A DNA stretch of 64,000 nucleotides from assembly GCA_964639975.1 (NCBI GenBank), contig CAZXER010000002.1, positions 39,135-103,134 on the forward strand, given 5' to 3'. This stretch comes from an uncultured Halobacteriales archaeon. Its GTDB lineage: Archaea > Halobacteriota > Halobacteria > Halobacteriales > SKSH01. Position numbers and translations under genes: made by a program. Each line of letters starts with the position of its first letter. The stretch's first letter is position 1. Positions 46,006 through 54,412 of the stretch are shown here, piece by piece. Under the pieces are notes generated by a model. It was given only the letters and a program-made list of their open reading frames with translations. It was not told the origin of the DNA and searched no databases.

Positions 46006-46051
46006 GTCAGACTGCTGTCAGACAGCGGTGAAGCGAAAGGTTGAATCAGAC
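46006..46051. repeat. GTCAGAC direct repeats in divergent promoter region
   Basis: GTCAGAC at 46006 and 46017, ATCAGAC at 46045, between the divergent starts at 45970 (-) and 46071 (+). Confidence 0.4.
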
Positions 46052-46070
46052 ATCGGCCATCTCGGGACAT

Positions 46071-46358
46071 ATGGCTGAGTCAGAGGAGGAGGAACCCGCT
46101 GAACCCGCGGTCGAACTCGGTGACGGTACACCCGTCGAGGGTGCCCCACTATCACGTATCGCCGCCAGGCTGACCTGGCCCATGGAGAAGAGCGCGATCC
46201 TCGAACGAGTGGGTGACGAGGCGGTTCGGTCCGCGGAAGGACCTGTCACGATCGAATCGCTCCTCGCCGACGTTGACGACACCTATTTTGGAAGCCGGCA
46301 GCACTTCGTCGATGCCGTGAGAGAGCACCTCCCGACTGGACCGGTTGCCACGGAGTAG
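46071..46358 (+). CDS. small acidic protein, function unknown
   Basis: Trimmed to ATG 46071 (MAESEEEEPAEP...). 95 aa. No family assigned with confidence. Confidence 0.55.
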   Translation: MAESEEEEPAEPAVELGDGTPVEGAPLSRIAARLTWPMEKSAILERVGDEAVRSAEGPVTIESLLADVDDTYFGSRQHFVDAVREHLPTGPVATE

Positions 46359-46405
46359 CGACTGGCAGCTCGATCCGTTCCAGACTCCTTATTTGACCAG
46401 TCGCT
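46357..46405 (+). other. 9-bp stem-loop starting in the stop codon of CDS 46071-46358
   Basis: AGCGACTGG (46357-46365) pairs with CCAGTCGCT (46397-46405). The 31-nt loop contains TTATTT. Possibly a 3'-end or terminator element. Confidence 0.35.
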
Positions 46406-46452
46406 GACATACGTGGGCATTTAATGGTCTCAGTCCAATCATCCGTTGACTC

Positions 46453-46911
46453 ATGCTCCCAATCGACCCGACGCAGATCGACCCAGGCGACTACGGTGAA
46501 CATTCGGCGACCATCGAGACCGATCACGAATCGGCGATCGAGCTGGTTCGAGCGGCGTGTGAATCTGCAGGGATGGGGATCCCCGTCGAGTTCTCACCCT
46601 CTGAGTTGTTGAACGAGAAGGTCGATGCAGACCGCGAGCCGTACTACGTGCTCGGGGCCTGTAACCCAGGTGTCGCTAATCGAGCTCTCGATGAAACCCT
46701 CAACATCGGCGGACTCTTTCCCTGTAACATGATCATCTGGGAGGAGTCACCTGGCACGCAGGTGATCTACCATGTATCGATCATGCGTATCGCCCGCTTG
46801 CTCGGGATTGCACCGGACTCCGACGAGTGGGGCGCTATCGTCGACGAGACCGGTGCACTGACCGACGACATCTTCGGCTATCTAGACGATCGTGGAGCGA
46901 CCCTTCACTGA
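46453..46911 (+). CDS. DUF302 domain protein
   Basis: YYVLGACNPGVANRALDETLNIGGLFPCNMIIWEE is the DUF302 core pattern. TATA-like TTTAAT about 30 nt upstream. Confidence 0.8.
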   Translation: MLPIDPTQIDPGDYGEHSATIETDHESAIELVRAACESAGMGIPVEFSPSELLNEKVDADREPYYVLGACNPGVANRALDETLNIGGLFPCNMIIWEESPGTQVIYHVSIMRIARLLGIAPDSDEWGAIVDETGALTDDIFGYLDDRGATLH

Positions 46912-48167
46912 GTACGGAAGTCCTCCAACACCGATTGGCGCCCAGACAACAGGGTCGATTTCTGCCGGACCCGCGAAGCCCGGAGTGGAACCTGCTCCAG
47001 CACCGCTGAGGCGGCTCGTTCGAAGCTTTCAGCGACCGCACCGTCTCCAACGACCGCATCTCTGACGGCCTCTCGTACCTGCCAGACGCCCACGGGTGCC
47101 CAGTAGTCGTCGGTGACCTCTCTGAGTACGAGTGCCTTGGCTTGACGTCCCTCGTCGACGAGGTGTTCCAGGACACCGAGGCGGGACGCATAGTAGGCGC
47201 CCGCCGTCTCCTCGACGTATCCCGTACGGCCGGTCGCTCCCTCGTGGGCACTGGCCAACCAGTGGGTTCCCTGGTCAGGGTTCCAGACACTGCCCGGTCC
47301 TTTGAGCTCGACCAACTCGAACTCCCAATGACCGGGGGTCAGGATGATCCAGTAGCGGTTCCCGATGTACTCGTTGACGTAGACACGAGTCTCGTCGATG
47401 CTCGGGGCGTTTCGTATCTGTCCGCGAAGGAACTGACCGACCGTGTCGTCGACCGCCGTGATCGACCACCGGGTCGGGACGAGCCGTCGGTTTTCACTCC
47501 GGCCAAGGGTTCCTGCAGAGAGGATGCTGTTGATGTCGTAGACATCGAACCCACGCCGGTAGAGGTAGGTCATCGCACCGGTTGCCGTCCAGTCGTCGTC
47601 ACCGACGGCTTTCTCGACGGGTTTGGCCACCTTCGGATTCTCTCCAAGCGTTAGTGACCGGGCGCCAGCGCGTGGACCGATCGGTGGGACACGTTCCCCG
47701 GCCACGTCGAGGGTGAACTCTGGTTGCTGTTCGAGGTCCATCTCCACATCGACCGGATCGGAGGCGATGGCCACCTCGCGTTGGACGCCGATATCACCGC
47801 TCCACGCATCGGCCACCTCGACATCGACCCGTTCTCGGGCGTTGAGCAGACTGGTTCGCTTCTGTACGACATCGGTGATGGACAACCCTTGGCCGTACCA
47901 CGATGCGTTCGTTTTGAACGTCTCGGCCAGTTCTTCCTGGCCCACTGGTGAGAGGATTCCGGCGTTCACCTGTGGATACCCACTGCGGCCGACGAAGATT
48001 TCTGGTGCCGTGCTCCCGAAGGCGGTGTCTCCGTCCAACGCGGTGGTCACTCTCGTCTCTACGTCCTCGAGGTACTCGGTGATGCCATAGGATTTCTCCT
48101 TGGCCAATCGCCGACGATCGGCGTCTTGGTCCGCGGAGTACTCCTCGAGGAACTCATCGAGACGCAT
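46905..48167 (-). CDS. nreA: Nre-family archaeal DNA repair protein
   Basis: ATG 48167 (MRLDEFLEEY...). SAPEIFVGRSGYPQVNAGILSP region typical of the COG1602/Nre family (from memory). C-terminal QSVLEDF PIP-like box. Confidence 0.75.
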   Translation of the reverse strand: MRLDEFLEEYSADQDADRRRLAKEKSYGITEYLEDVETRVTTALDGDTAFGSTAPEIFVGRSGYPQVNAGILSPVGQEELAETFKTNASWYGQGLSITDVVQKRTSLLNARERVDVEVADAWSGDIGVQREVAIASDPVDVEMDLEQQPEFTLDVAGERVPPIGPRAGARSLTLGENPKVAKPVEKAVGDDDWTATGAMTYLYRRGFDVYDINSILSAGTLGRSENRRLVPTRWSITAVDDTVGQFLRGQIRNAPSIDETRVYVNEYIGNRYWIILTPGHWEFELVELKGPGSVWNPDQGTHWLASAHEGATGRTGYVEETAGAYYASRLGVLEHLVDEGRQAKALVLREVTDDYWAPVGVWQVREAVRDAVVGDGAVAESFERAASAVLEQVPLRASRVRQKSTLLSGRQSVLEDFRTQ

Positions 48168-48252
48168 GTAGGTGTACACTCGCCGCTCGGATGCATCAAT
48201 CTGACGAGCACCCCGTCAGCAACCGGTGAAGCCGCAGATTCACCTACCGATC

Positions 48253-48264
48253 GATTTTTTATGC
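48253..48264 (+). promoter_or_regulatory. TATA box for small Cys-tail membrane protein gene
   Basis: GATTTTTTATGC centred about 31 nt upstream of ATG 48290. Confidence 0.5.
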
Positions 48265-48289
48265 GAACTCGCGCGTATCCGGTTGATCA

Positions 48290-48532
48290 ATGGCTGTTCG
48301 TACTCGTATACCGACCCTCTCGCGGGTTGGGTTGTTCGCCGCTGCCATCATCGTGGGTGTCGGGGTTGGCACCGTACTCTCGCAGGATCCGATCGGAGCC
48401 CCGGTCATCGGTTCGGTCCCGGCCGTCGTCGCCGGGGGGTTCGCCATCCTCGTCGGGGGTGGCCTCTATCTCGGCATCAGACGCTCTGACCGAAGTGACT
48501 GCGGCTGTAGCTCAGATTGCGACTGTCCGTGA
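48290..48532 (+). CDS. small 2-TM membrane protein with Cys-rich C-terminal tail
   Basis: 80 aa. Two hydrophobic helices, tail DCGCSSDCDCP. TATA box GATTTTTTATGC (48253-48264) about 30 nt upstream of the ATG. Confidence 0.5.
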   Translation: MAVRTRIPTLSRVGLFAAAIIVGVGVGTVLSQDPIGAPVIGSVPAVVAGGFAILVGGGLYLGIRRSDRSDCGCSSDCDCP

Positions 48533-48551
48533 TCTGCTGACGGGATTCCCT

Positions 48552-49514
48552 TCAACCGTGAATGCCCATCGCCTCGATCTGCTCTTGGTAGCGGTTCCTG
48601 ATGGTCACCTCGGTCACCTGCGCAACATCGGCGACCTCACGTTGGGTCTTCTTCTCGTTGCACAGTAGCGAGGCAGCGTAGATCGCTGCTGCGGCGTACC
48701 CGGTTGGTGACTTCCCGGAGAGCAGCCCCTTCTCGGCGGTCGTCTCGATGATCTCATTCGCCTTCGATTGGACCTCCTCGCTGAGGTTGAGCTCCGAACA
48801 AAACCGTGGGACGTACTTCTTGGGATCGACTGGTTTCATCTCCAGGGCCAGTTCCTGGGAGATGTATCGGTAGGTACGGCCGATCTCCTTTCGCTCGACA
48901 CGGGATACCTCCGAAATCTCCTCGAGACTGCGCGGTATGCCTTCCTTGCGACAGGCCGCGTACAACGAGGCCGTGGAGACACCCTCGATCGATCGACCGC
49001 GGATGAGATCGTCCTTCAAGGCTCGGCGATAGATGACGCTCGCGACCTCTCGGACCGAGCGAGGGACGCCAAGCGCGCTCGCCATCCGGTCGATCTCAGA
49101 GAGTGCGAACTGCAGGTTGCGTTCACCTGCATCTTTCGTCCTGATGCGCTCTTGCCACTTGCGCAGGCGGTGCATCTGGCTCCGCTTTTTGGACGAAATT
49201 GAGCGCCCGTAGGCATCCTTGTCCTTCCAGTCTATCGTCGTTGTGAGCCCCTTGTCGTGCATCGTCTTCGTCGTCGGTGCACCCACGCGTGACTTTTGCT
49301 GGCGTTCTTGGTGGTTGAACGCCCGCCACTCGGGTCCAGGATCGATTTTCTCTTCCTGGACGACCAGACCACAATCGTCACAGACAAGTTCGCCCCGGTC
49401 AGAACTTTTTACCAGATTTTCAGAATGACACTCCGGACATTCGTGAACGTCCTCTTGTTCCTCGGTCCCCTCCGTTTCATTGGTTCGCTCCCGCTGGCGA
49501 GTGGGCCGTGTCAT
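48552..49514 (-). CDS. tfb: transcription initiation factor IIB (TFB)
   Basis: N-terminal zinc ribbon CPECHS...CDDCG, B-reader/linker, two cyclin-fold repeats. Confidence 0.95.
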   Translation of the reverse strand: MTRPTRQRERTNETEGTEEQEDVHECPECHSENLVKSSDRGELVCDDCGLVVQEEKIDPGPEWRAFNHQERQQKSRVGAPTTKTMHDKGLTTTIDWKDKDAYGRSISSKKRSQMHRLRKWQERIRTKDAGERNLQFALSEIDRMASALGVPRSVREVASVIYRRALKDDLIRGRSIEGVSTASLYAACRKEGIPRSLEEISEVSRVERKEIGRTYRYISQELALEMKPVDPKKYVPRFCSELNLSEEVQSKANEIIETTAEKGLLSGKSPTGYAAAAIYAASLLCNEKKTQREVADVAQVTEVTIRNRYQEQIEAMGIHG

Positions 49515-49557
49515 CGCACTTATGTAGTAGGAGAACCAGTTCCCTTAAACCCTTGGT

Positions 49558-49568
49558 AAATATTTTAT
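49558..49568 (+). promoter_or_regulatory. TATA box for rnhA operon
   Basis: AAATATTTTAT, 36-46 nt upstream of GTG 49604. A second TATA-like element (minus-strand TTTAAGG, 49543-49549) sits about 30 nt upstream of the divergent tfb. Confidence 0.45.
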
Positions 49569-49603
49569 GGTCGGGCTAAGGACACAATACAGACCTGGGC
49601 TGG

Positions 49604-50209
49604 GTGCCTAATCACGTGCCAGTACTCGACATCGATCCAACCGAGGCTCGCGATCGGTTATCGGATGCTGGCGCCGATATCGAACCCGGAAACACGGAGT
49701 ACGAGCGCTGGCGGGCCACGCTGGGAGGTGCCATCGCGATCGGATACGAAGATACCGTCGTCGTGCAAGGAGAACGACCGGCAGATATCCTTGCAACCCT
49801 CGAAGACCGCAGTGGTCATGGGTATCTCTACGTTGACGGTGCCGCCCGGGGCAATCCCGGTCCTGCGGCGATCGGGTGGGTCGTCCTGGACGCCGATGGG
49901 ATCGTGGATGAAGGGGGAGAACGCATCGGAAACGCGACCAACAACGAAGCTGAATATGTCGCCCTTGAGCGAGGACTCGAGGTTGCCGCCCGCATCGGCT
50001 TCGATGCGTTATCCATTTACGGTGATAGTGAACTGATCGTCAAACAAGTGACTGGCGCATACACTGTCGATGCACCGCATCTCAAGGAGCACCGAGTACA
50101 GGTCCTTGAGCTGTTGGAGCATTTCGATGATTGGTCAATCACCTCGGTCCCCCGGGAAGTCAATCGACGAGCCGATGCATTGGCGAACGAGGCGTTAGAT
50201 GGACATTGA
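49604..50209 (+). CDS. rnhA: ribonuclease HI with N-terminal extension
   Basis: YVDGAARGNPGPAAIGWVV...NNEAEYVALERGL...YGDSELIVKQ...NRRADALAN (DEDD catalytic pattern). GTG start 49604 (alternative GTG 49616). Confidence 0.85.
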   Translation: MPNHVPVLDIDPTEARDRLSDAGADIEPGNTEYERWRATLGGAIAIGYEDTVVVQGERPADILATLEDRSGHGYLYVDGAARGNPGPAAIGWVVLDADGIVDEGGERIGNATNNEAEYVALERGLEVAARIGFDALSIYGDSELIVKQVTGAYTVDAPHLKEHRVQVLELLEHFDDWSITSVPREVNRRADALANEALDGH

Positions 50210-50777
50210 TGAGGAGATCGCCTGCCGGGTGCGAGACCTCACCAAAGAGCTTCACGAGAGTGACGATGAGGCTACCATCGAAGCCGTCTCCGAGCAGCGC
50301 GATCGGTTACTCGATCGTGCTGGCCTTTCTTCCCGCGTTCGTGCGGACGACGAGGGCGATGTGCTGGTTCTGTATCCGGATGCGTGGCTCGACGAGGCGG
50401 GAACGATCGACATCAGCTGCATTGACGACCCGAGTGATGCCGTCGAGCTACCGCTCGATCCTCGGAGCGAGGAAGCCGATTGGGCCGATGTCAATGAGCA
50501 CAACCGGGCCATAGCTGAGACAGTGGCACACCGGCATGGACCGGTGCACGGAGCCACTGCCAAAGCGCTTGGCACCTACCTCGCTAACCACCACCTCCGT
50601 CGTATCGAGGCTGCGACAGAGACCGAGTTACAGACGTTCCGTGAGGACTACTTCGTACGGAATACCTGGCCGGAGGACGAGCAGGAGGCTAGCCTCGAGC
50701 GATCGATCGAATTGACCGTAGAAGTCGCGGAGGAGCAGTCAGTTGGAGAGGACCGACGCCTCGATCGTCTCCGCTAG
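50199..50777 (+). CDS. acidic protein co-transcribed with rnhA (annotated in haloarchaea as rnhA operon protein, from memory)
   Basis: 192-aa ORF whose ATG overlaps the rnhA 3' end by 11 nt. Confidence 0.6.
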   Translation: MDIDEEIACRVRDLTKELHESDDEATIEAVSEQRDRLLDRAGLSSRVRADDEGDVLVLYPDAWLDEAGTIDISCIDDPSDAVELPLDPRSEEADWADVNEHNRAIAETVAHRHGPVHGATAKALGTYLANHHLRRIEAATETELQTFREDYFVRNTWPEDEQEASLERSIELTVEVAEEQSVGEDRRLDRLR

Positions 50778-51110
50778 TTCGGCCACCTGCTCCTCGTCAT
50801 CGATGAGGTTGGACAGGGCCCACTCGATCCGATCGACGGCGACCTCTAGTCCCTCATCGGTGAGTCCGTACTCGTTCGTCCTATTATCCAGCTTGCCTTT
50901 GACGATCAGCCCGTCATCACTGAGCTCATCGAGGTTGGGATAGAGCTTTCCGTGGTTGATTTCGTATCCATAGTAATCCCGCAACTTGCGTTTGACATCC
51001 AAGCCGTATGTGGGTTCGCCAGCAAGCATGAACAGGATCGAGTACTTGAATTCACTCAGTTGCAATGCTGCAGACCATCCGAATCCGTCTTGTGAGTCAA
51101 CTTGACTCAT
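50739..51110 (-). CDS. PadR family transcriptional regulator
   Basis: Winged-helix pattern ILFMLAGEPTYGLDVKRKLRDYYGYEINHGKLYPNLDELSDDGLIV. Confidence 0.85.
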   Translation of the reverse strand: MSQVDSQDGFGWSAALQLSEFKYSILFMLAGEPTYGLDVKRKLRDYYGYEINHGKLYPNLDELSDDGLIVKGKLDNRTNEYGLTDEGLEVAVDRIEWALSNLIDDEEQVAELAETIEASVLSN

Positions 51111-51130
51111 ACTATTATACGCTGGAAATA

Positions 51131-51147
51131 GCCATTAATATTTATCG
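51131..51147 (-). promoter_or_regulatory. TATA region of padR
   Basis: GCCATTAATATTTATCG (minus strand TAAATATTAAT) centred about 29 nt upstream of ATG 51110. Confidence 0.5.
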
Positions 51148-51155
51148 ATTCTAAA

Positions 51156-51204
51156 ACTGTATAAACTACTGAATTTTACAACTGAATTTCTCACTGACAC
51201 ATTT
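51156..51204. repeat. four phased ACTG(A/T)A direct repeats in AT-rich padR-ppa spacer
   Basis: ACTG starts at 51156, 51168, 51181 and 51193 (spacing 12, 13, 12 nt). The two central copies are ACTGAATTT. Confidence 0.6.
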
Positions 51205-51264
51205 AGGTTCAGACCGCAACGCGTTGACGAAAGCCCTTTGAGCTAGTGGCGAACACCCATCCCC

Positions 51265-51801
51265 ATGGTCAATCTGTGGGATTCGCTTCCCGCGGGTCGG
51301 AACCCGCCCGAAGAGATCAACGTTGTCGTTGAGTGTCTCAAGGATGCCCGGAACAAGTACGAGTACGACAAGGACATTCCGGGGATGAAGCTCGATCGAG
51401 TGCTCCATAGCAACGTTCACTATCCAGGTGATTACGGCTTCATTCCCCGTTCGTGGTATGATGACGAGGATCCATTCGATGCGCTGGTATTGGTCGAGGA
51501 TCGAACGTTCCCCGGTTGCATAATCGAGGCACGTCCGGTCGCGCTCATGGAGATGCTTGACGACGAAGAGCAGGATGACAAGGTCATCGCCGTTCCCGCC
51601 GAGGATCCTCGGTGGGATCATGTCCGAGATATCGATGACTTGCCGCAACAACAGATGGACGAGATTGCCGAGTTCTTCAGGACGTACAAGAACCTCGAAC
51701 CAGCCAAGGAAACGTCGATCCAGAACTGGCGTGATCGGGATGCAGCGTACGAATCTATCGAACATGCCCTTGAACTCTATCAGGAGACCTTCGAGGCGTA
51801 A
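51265..51801 (+). CDS. ppa: inorganic pyrophosphatase (family I)
   Basis: VVVECLKDARNKYEYD...YPGDYGFIP...DPFDALVL signature. Confidence 0.95.
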   Translation: MVNLWDSLPAGRNPPEEINVVVECLKDARNKYEYDKDIPGMKLDRVLHSNVHYPGDYGFIPRSWYDDEDPFDALVLVEDRTFPGCIIEARPVALMEMLDDEEQDDKVIAVPAEDPRWDHVRDIDDLPQQQMDEIAEFFRTYKNLEPAKETSIQNWRDRDAAYESIEHALELYQETFEA

Positions 51802-51850
51802 CGGTGCTATCGCCCCTCGTTTGTGACAGGCGAACCTCGGTGCACTCACT

Positions 51851-53191
51851 ATGGGGATGATGGAGCGCCTTCGAGGTGATCAGTCTCCTCGGGTAGCGCT
51901 CATCGGGCTCGATGGGGTCCCCTTCAGTCTGCTGGAGGATCATCTGGATCGGTTCGAGCACATCAATGCTCTGGTGGATGCCGGGTCTGGAACAGCGATC
52001 GAGGGGATCGTGCCGGCCGCTTCGAGTGTCACTTGGCCGGCGTTGACGACGGGTTTGAATCCCGGTGAGACTGGTGTCTACGGCCTCGTCGATCGGTATG
52101 TCAATACGTACGAGACGTACGTCACCGCCGCTGATGACGTGCAAGTGCCCCACGTGTGGGATCTGGCGACCCAGGCCGAACTCGATGTGACGGTGTTGAA
52201 TGCGCCGGTTACCTATCCCCCACAACGGAACCTCACCCGGATGGTCTCGGATTACCAGGCACCGGACGTCGAGCGAGCAGCCTATCCACGGACGGTAGTC
52301 GAGGAGATTGAGCCGCTGGATTACCGCCTCGATGTCGATGCCACCTTGGGACCGGAAGATACCGAGGCGTTCCTTGAAGACGCGTACGAGACGATCGATG
52401 CCCGATACGAGGCGATCGTCCACTACCTTGAACGGGCCGATTGGGACCTCCTTGTCGGCGTCTTTACCACCCCAGATCGGGTCAATCACTTCCTCTACGG
52501 GGAGTACCTGAACGACGGTGACCACCGGGAGGATTTCCTCTCGTTTTACGAGCAACTCGATACGTATCTCGGGGCCATCCGCTCTCACCTCGGGGAAGAC
52601 ACCCACTTGCTGGTCGTCAGCGAACACGGGTTCGCACCGTTGGAATACGAGGTGGATGTGAACGCCTGGTTAGCCGAACGCGAGTGGCTATCCTATCGGA
52701 CCGATTCCCCAGGTGGGCTCGCCGACATTGCTGACGAATCACGGGCGTTCTCCCTCGCTCCCGGCCGAATCTATCTCAACCTCGAGGGACGGGAACCACG
52801 TGGAGCCGTACCTGATGCAGAATACGAGCTGGTACGCGACCGACTCAGACAGGCCCTCTCCTCGTGGACCGGACCAGATGGTGCTCCTGTCGCCAGGGAT
52901 GTGGTTACCCGTGAGGAGCTGTACCGGGGCCCCCATGTGGATCTGGCTCCTGATCTCGTGGTCATTCCGCAGGATGGCTTCGATCTCCAGGCTCGGTTCG
53001 ACACCGAGGGACCCATCTTCGATACGACCATGCGCACCGGGATGCATCGGGAGACCGATGGCACGTACATTCTCGATATCCCTGACGTCTCCCTCGCCGA
53101 TGCAACGATTTACGATGTCACCCCGACGATCCTCGAATTGCTGAATATACCCTTCGAGCTGGCCGATTTCGACGGAAAGAGCGTGCTCTAG
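51851..53191 (+). CDS. alkaline phosphatase-superfamily protein (nucleotide pyrophosphatase/phosphodiesterase-like)
   Basis: ALIGLDGVPF...SSVTWPALTTGLNPGETGVYG (nucleophile Thr region) and C-terminal GMHR metal ligands. Confidence 0.8.
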   Translation: MGMMERLRGDQSPRVALIGLDGVPFSLLEDHLDRFEHINALVDAGSGTAIEGIVPAASSVTWPALTTGLNPGETGVYGLVDRYVNTYETYVTAADDVQVPHVWDLATQAELDVTVLNAPVTYPPQRNLTRMVSDYQAPDVERAAYPRTVVEEIEPLDYRLDVDATLGPEDTEAFLEDAYETIDARYEAIVHYLERADWDLLVGVFTTPDRVNHFLYGEYLNDGDHREDFLSFYEQLDTYLGAIRSHLGEDTHLLVVSEHGFAPLEYEVDVNAWLAEREWLSYRTDSPGGLADIADESRAFSLAPGRIYLNLEGREPRGAVPDAEYELVRDRLRQALSSWTGPDGAPVARDVVTREELYRGPHVDLAPDLVVIPQDGFDLQARFDTEGPIFDTTMRTGMHRETDGTYILDIPDVSLADATIYDVTPTILELLNIPFELADFDGKSVL

Positions 53192-53243
53192 CTGTCCGAT
53201 CTCGGTGAGTAAGCTACTTACTTGGCCACTTGGATGAGAGACT

Positions 53244-54398
53244 ATGCCAGGTTCACCTGGCGCGAGTGGCGTCCACGTTGGGCAGCTAGAAGCCATCGAC
53301 ATCACCCCCGAGCTGGCCGGGATCGGGCTGATAGTGGCCATTGCGATCCTCGCGCTCGTGGTGTGGATCGTCCTCCGCCTGCGTCGCACCCCGGCTGATT
53401 CGTTCGTCGACGCCCTCGCTCCCCACGATACCCTCGATATCCTCCTTCATCCGAACCCTGATCCCGATGCGATGGCGAGCGGGTTCGCTGCTGCCACGAT
53501 CGCGAAGGCAGCGGGGCTACAGACGCGGATCGTCTATCCGGGGCAACTTCGACACAACGAGAATCGGGCGTTTCGAACCGTCCTCGGCCTCGAATTGGTT
53601 CGACTCGAGGATGTCGATGGATTTCGCGATCAACCGGTTGTCCTCATCGATCACGGGCAACCCCGTGGGTTCCCTGCCTCAATCAAGGTCGAACCAATCG
53701 CCGTGATCGATCACCATGATGACCCACCGGTCGAGGCACAACACGTCGACGTAAGGCCCCATTACGGAGCCTGTTCCACCATCCTCTGGGAGTATCTTGA
53801 CGACCTGGGCGCCGTTTCCGAGGGAGAAGCCGGCGATCTCGTCATCACGCAGGAGCTGGCGACCGCACTCGCGTATGGAATCCAGACCGATACGAACGGG
53901 TTGACTCGGGGCGTGACCGAGTTCGATATCGATGCCCTCGAGTCCCTTCACGAGCTCGTCGATTCGTCTGCACTCGAACGCATCTCGAACCCGCCGATCG
54001 AAGCCGAAGTACTCGATGCGAAGGCCGCAGCGATTCGAAACCGGGAGATCCATGATTGCTACTGCGTCTCCGACCTCGGCGAGGTCGGCTCGGCCGACTC
54101 CGTCGCCGTAACCGCTGAGGAACTCCTCACCCTCGAGGGTGTCACCACCGCGGTCAGTATCGGCGAACACGACGGTACCCTGTATTTCTCGGGGCGGTCC
54201 ATCGACGATCGGGTTCACATGGGTGAAGCACTCGAACGATCGATGGAGGCGGTTCCAGGCGCTAGTGCTGGTGGTCACGCCCGGATGGGTGGGGCACAGG
54301 TAAGCCTCGAAGCCCTGGAGGGGCTCGGTCCGACGACTGGTATCAAACGCGATGAACTCCCCGAATTGCTCATTTCTGCACTACGAGGCTCGGATTGA
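53244..54398 (+). CDS. membrane-anchored DHH/DHHA1 family phosphoesterase (NrnA-like)
   Basis: N-terminal TM (GIGLIVAIAILALVVWIVL), DHH motifs HPNPDPDAMAS and VIDHHD, DHHA1 motif GGHARMGGAQ. Confidence 0.8.
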   Translation: MPGSPGASGVHVGQLEAIDITPELAGIGLIVAIAILALVVWIVLRLRRTPADSFVDALAPHDTLDILLHPNPDPDAMASGFAAATIAKAAGLQTRIVYPGQLRHNENRAFRTVLGLELVRLEDVDGFRDQPVVLIDHGQPRGFPASIKVEPIAVIDHHDDPPVEAQHVDVRPHYGACSTILWEYLDDLGAVSEGEAGDLVITQELATALAYGIQTDTNGLTRGVTEFDIDALESLHELVDSSALERISNPPIEAEVLDAKAAAIRNREIHDCYCVSDLGEVGSADSVAVTAEELLTLEGVTTAVSIGEHDGTLYFSGRSIDDRVHMGEALERSMEAVPGASAGGHARMGGAQVSLEALEGLGPTTGIKRDELPELLISALRGSD

Positions 54399-54412
54399 AT
54401 GGGTTCGGATCG

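Noticed and set aside
51755-52627. 290-aa minus-strand ORF inside the AlkP-family gene (and the 227-aa ORF 51166-51849 opposite ppa)
   Set aside because: Both are antisense to genes with clear family signatures. Their implausible composition marks them as shadow ORFs.
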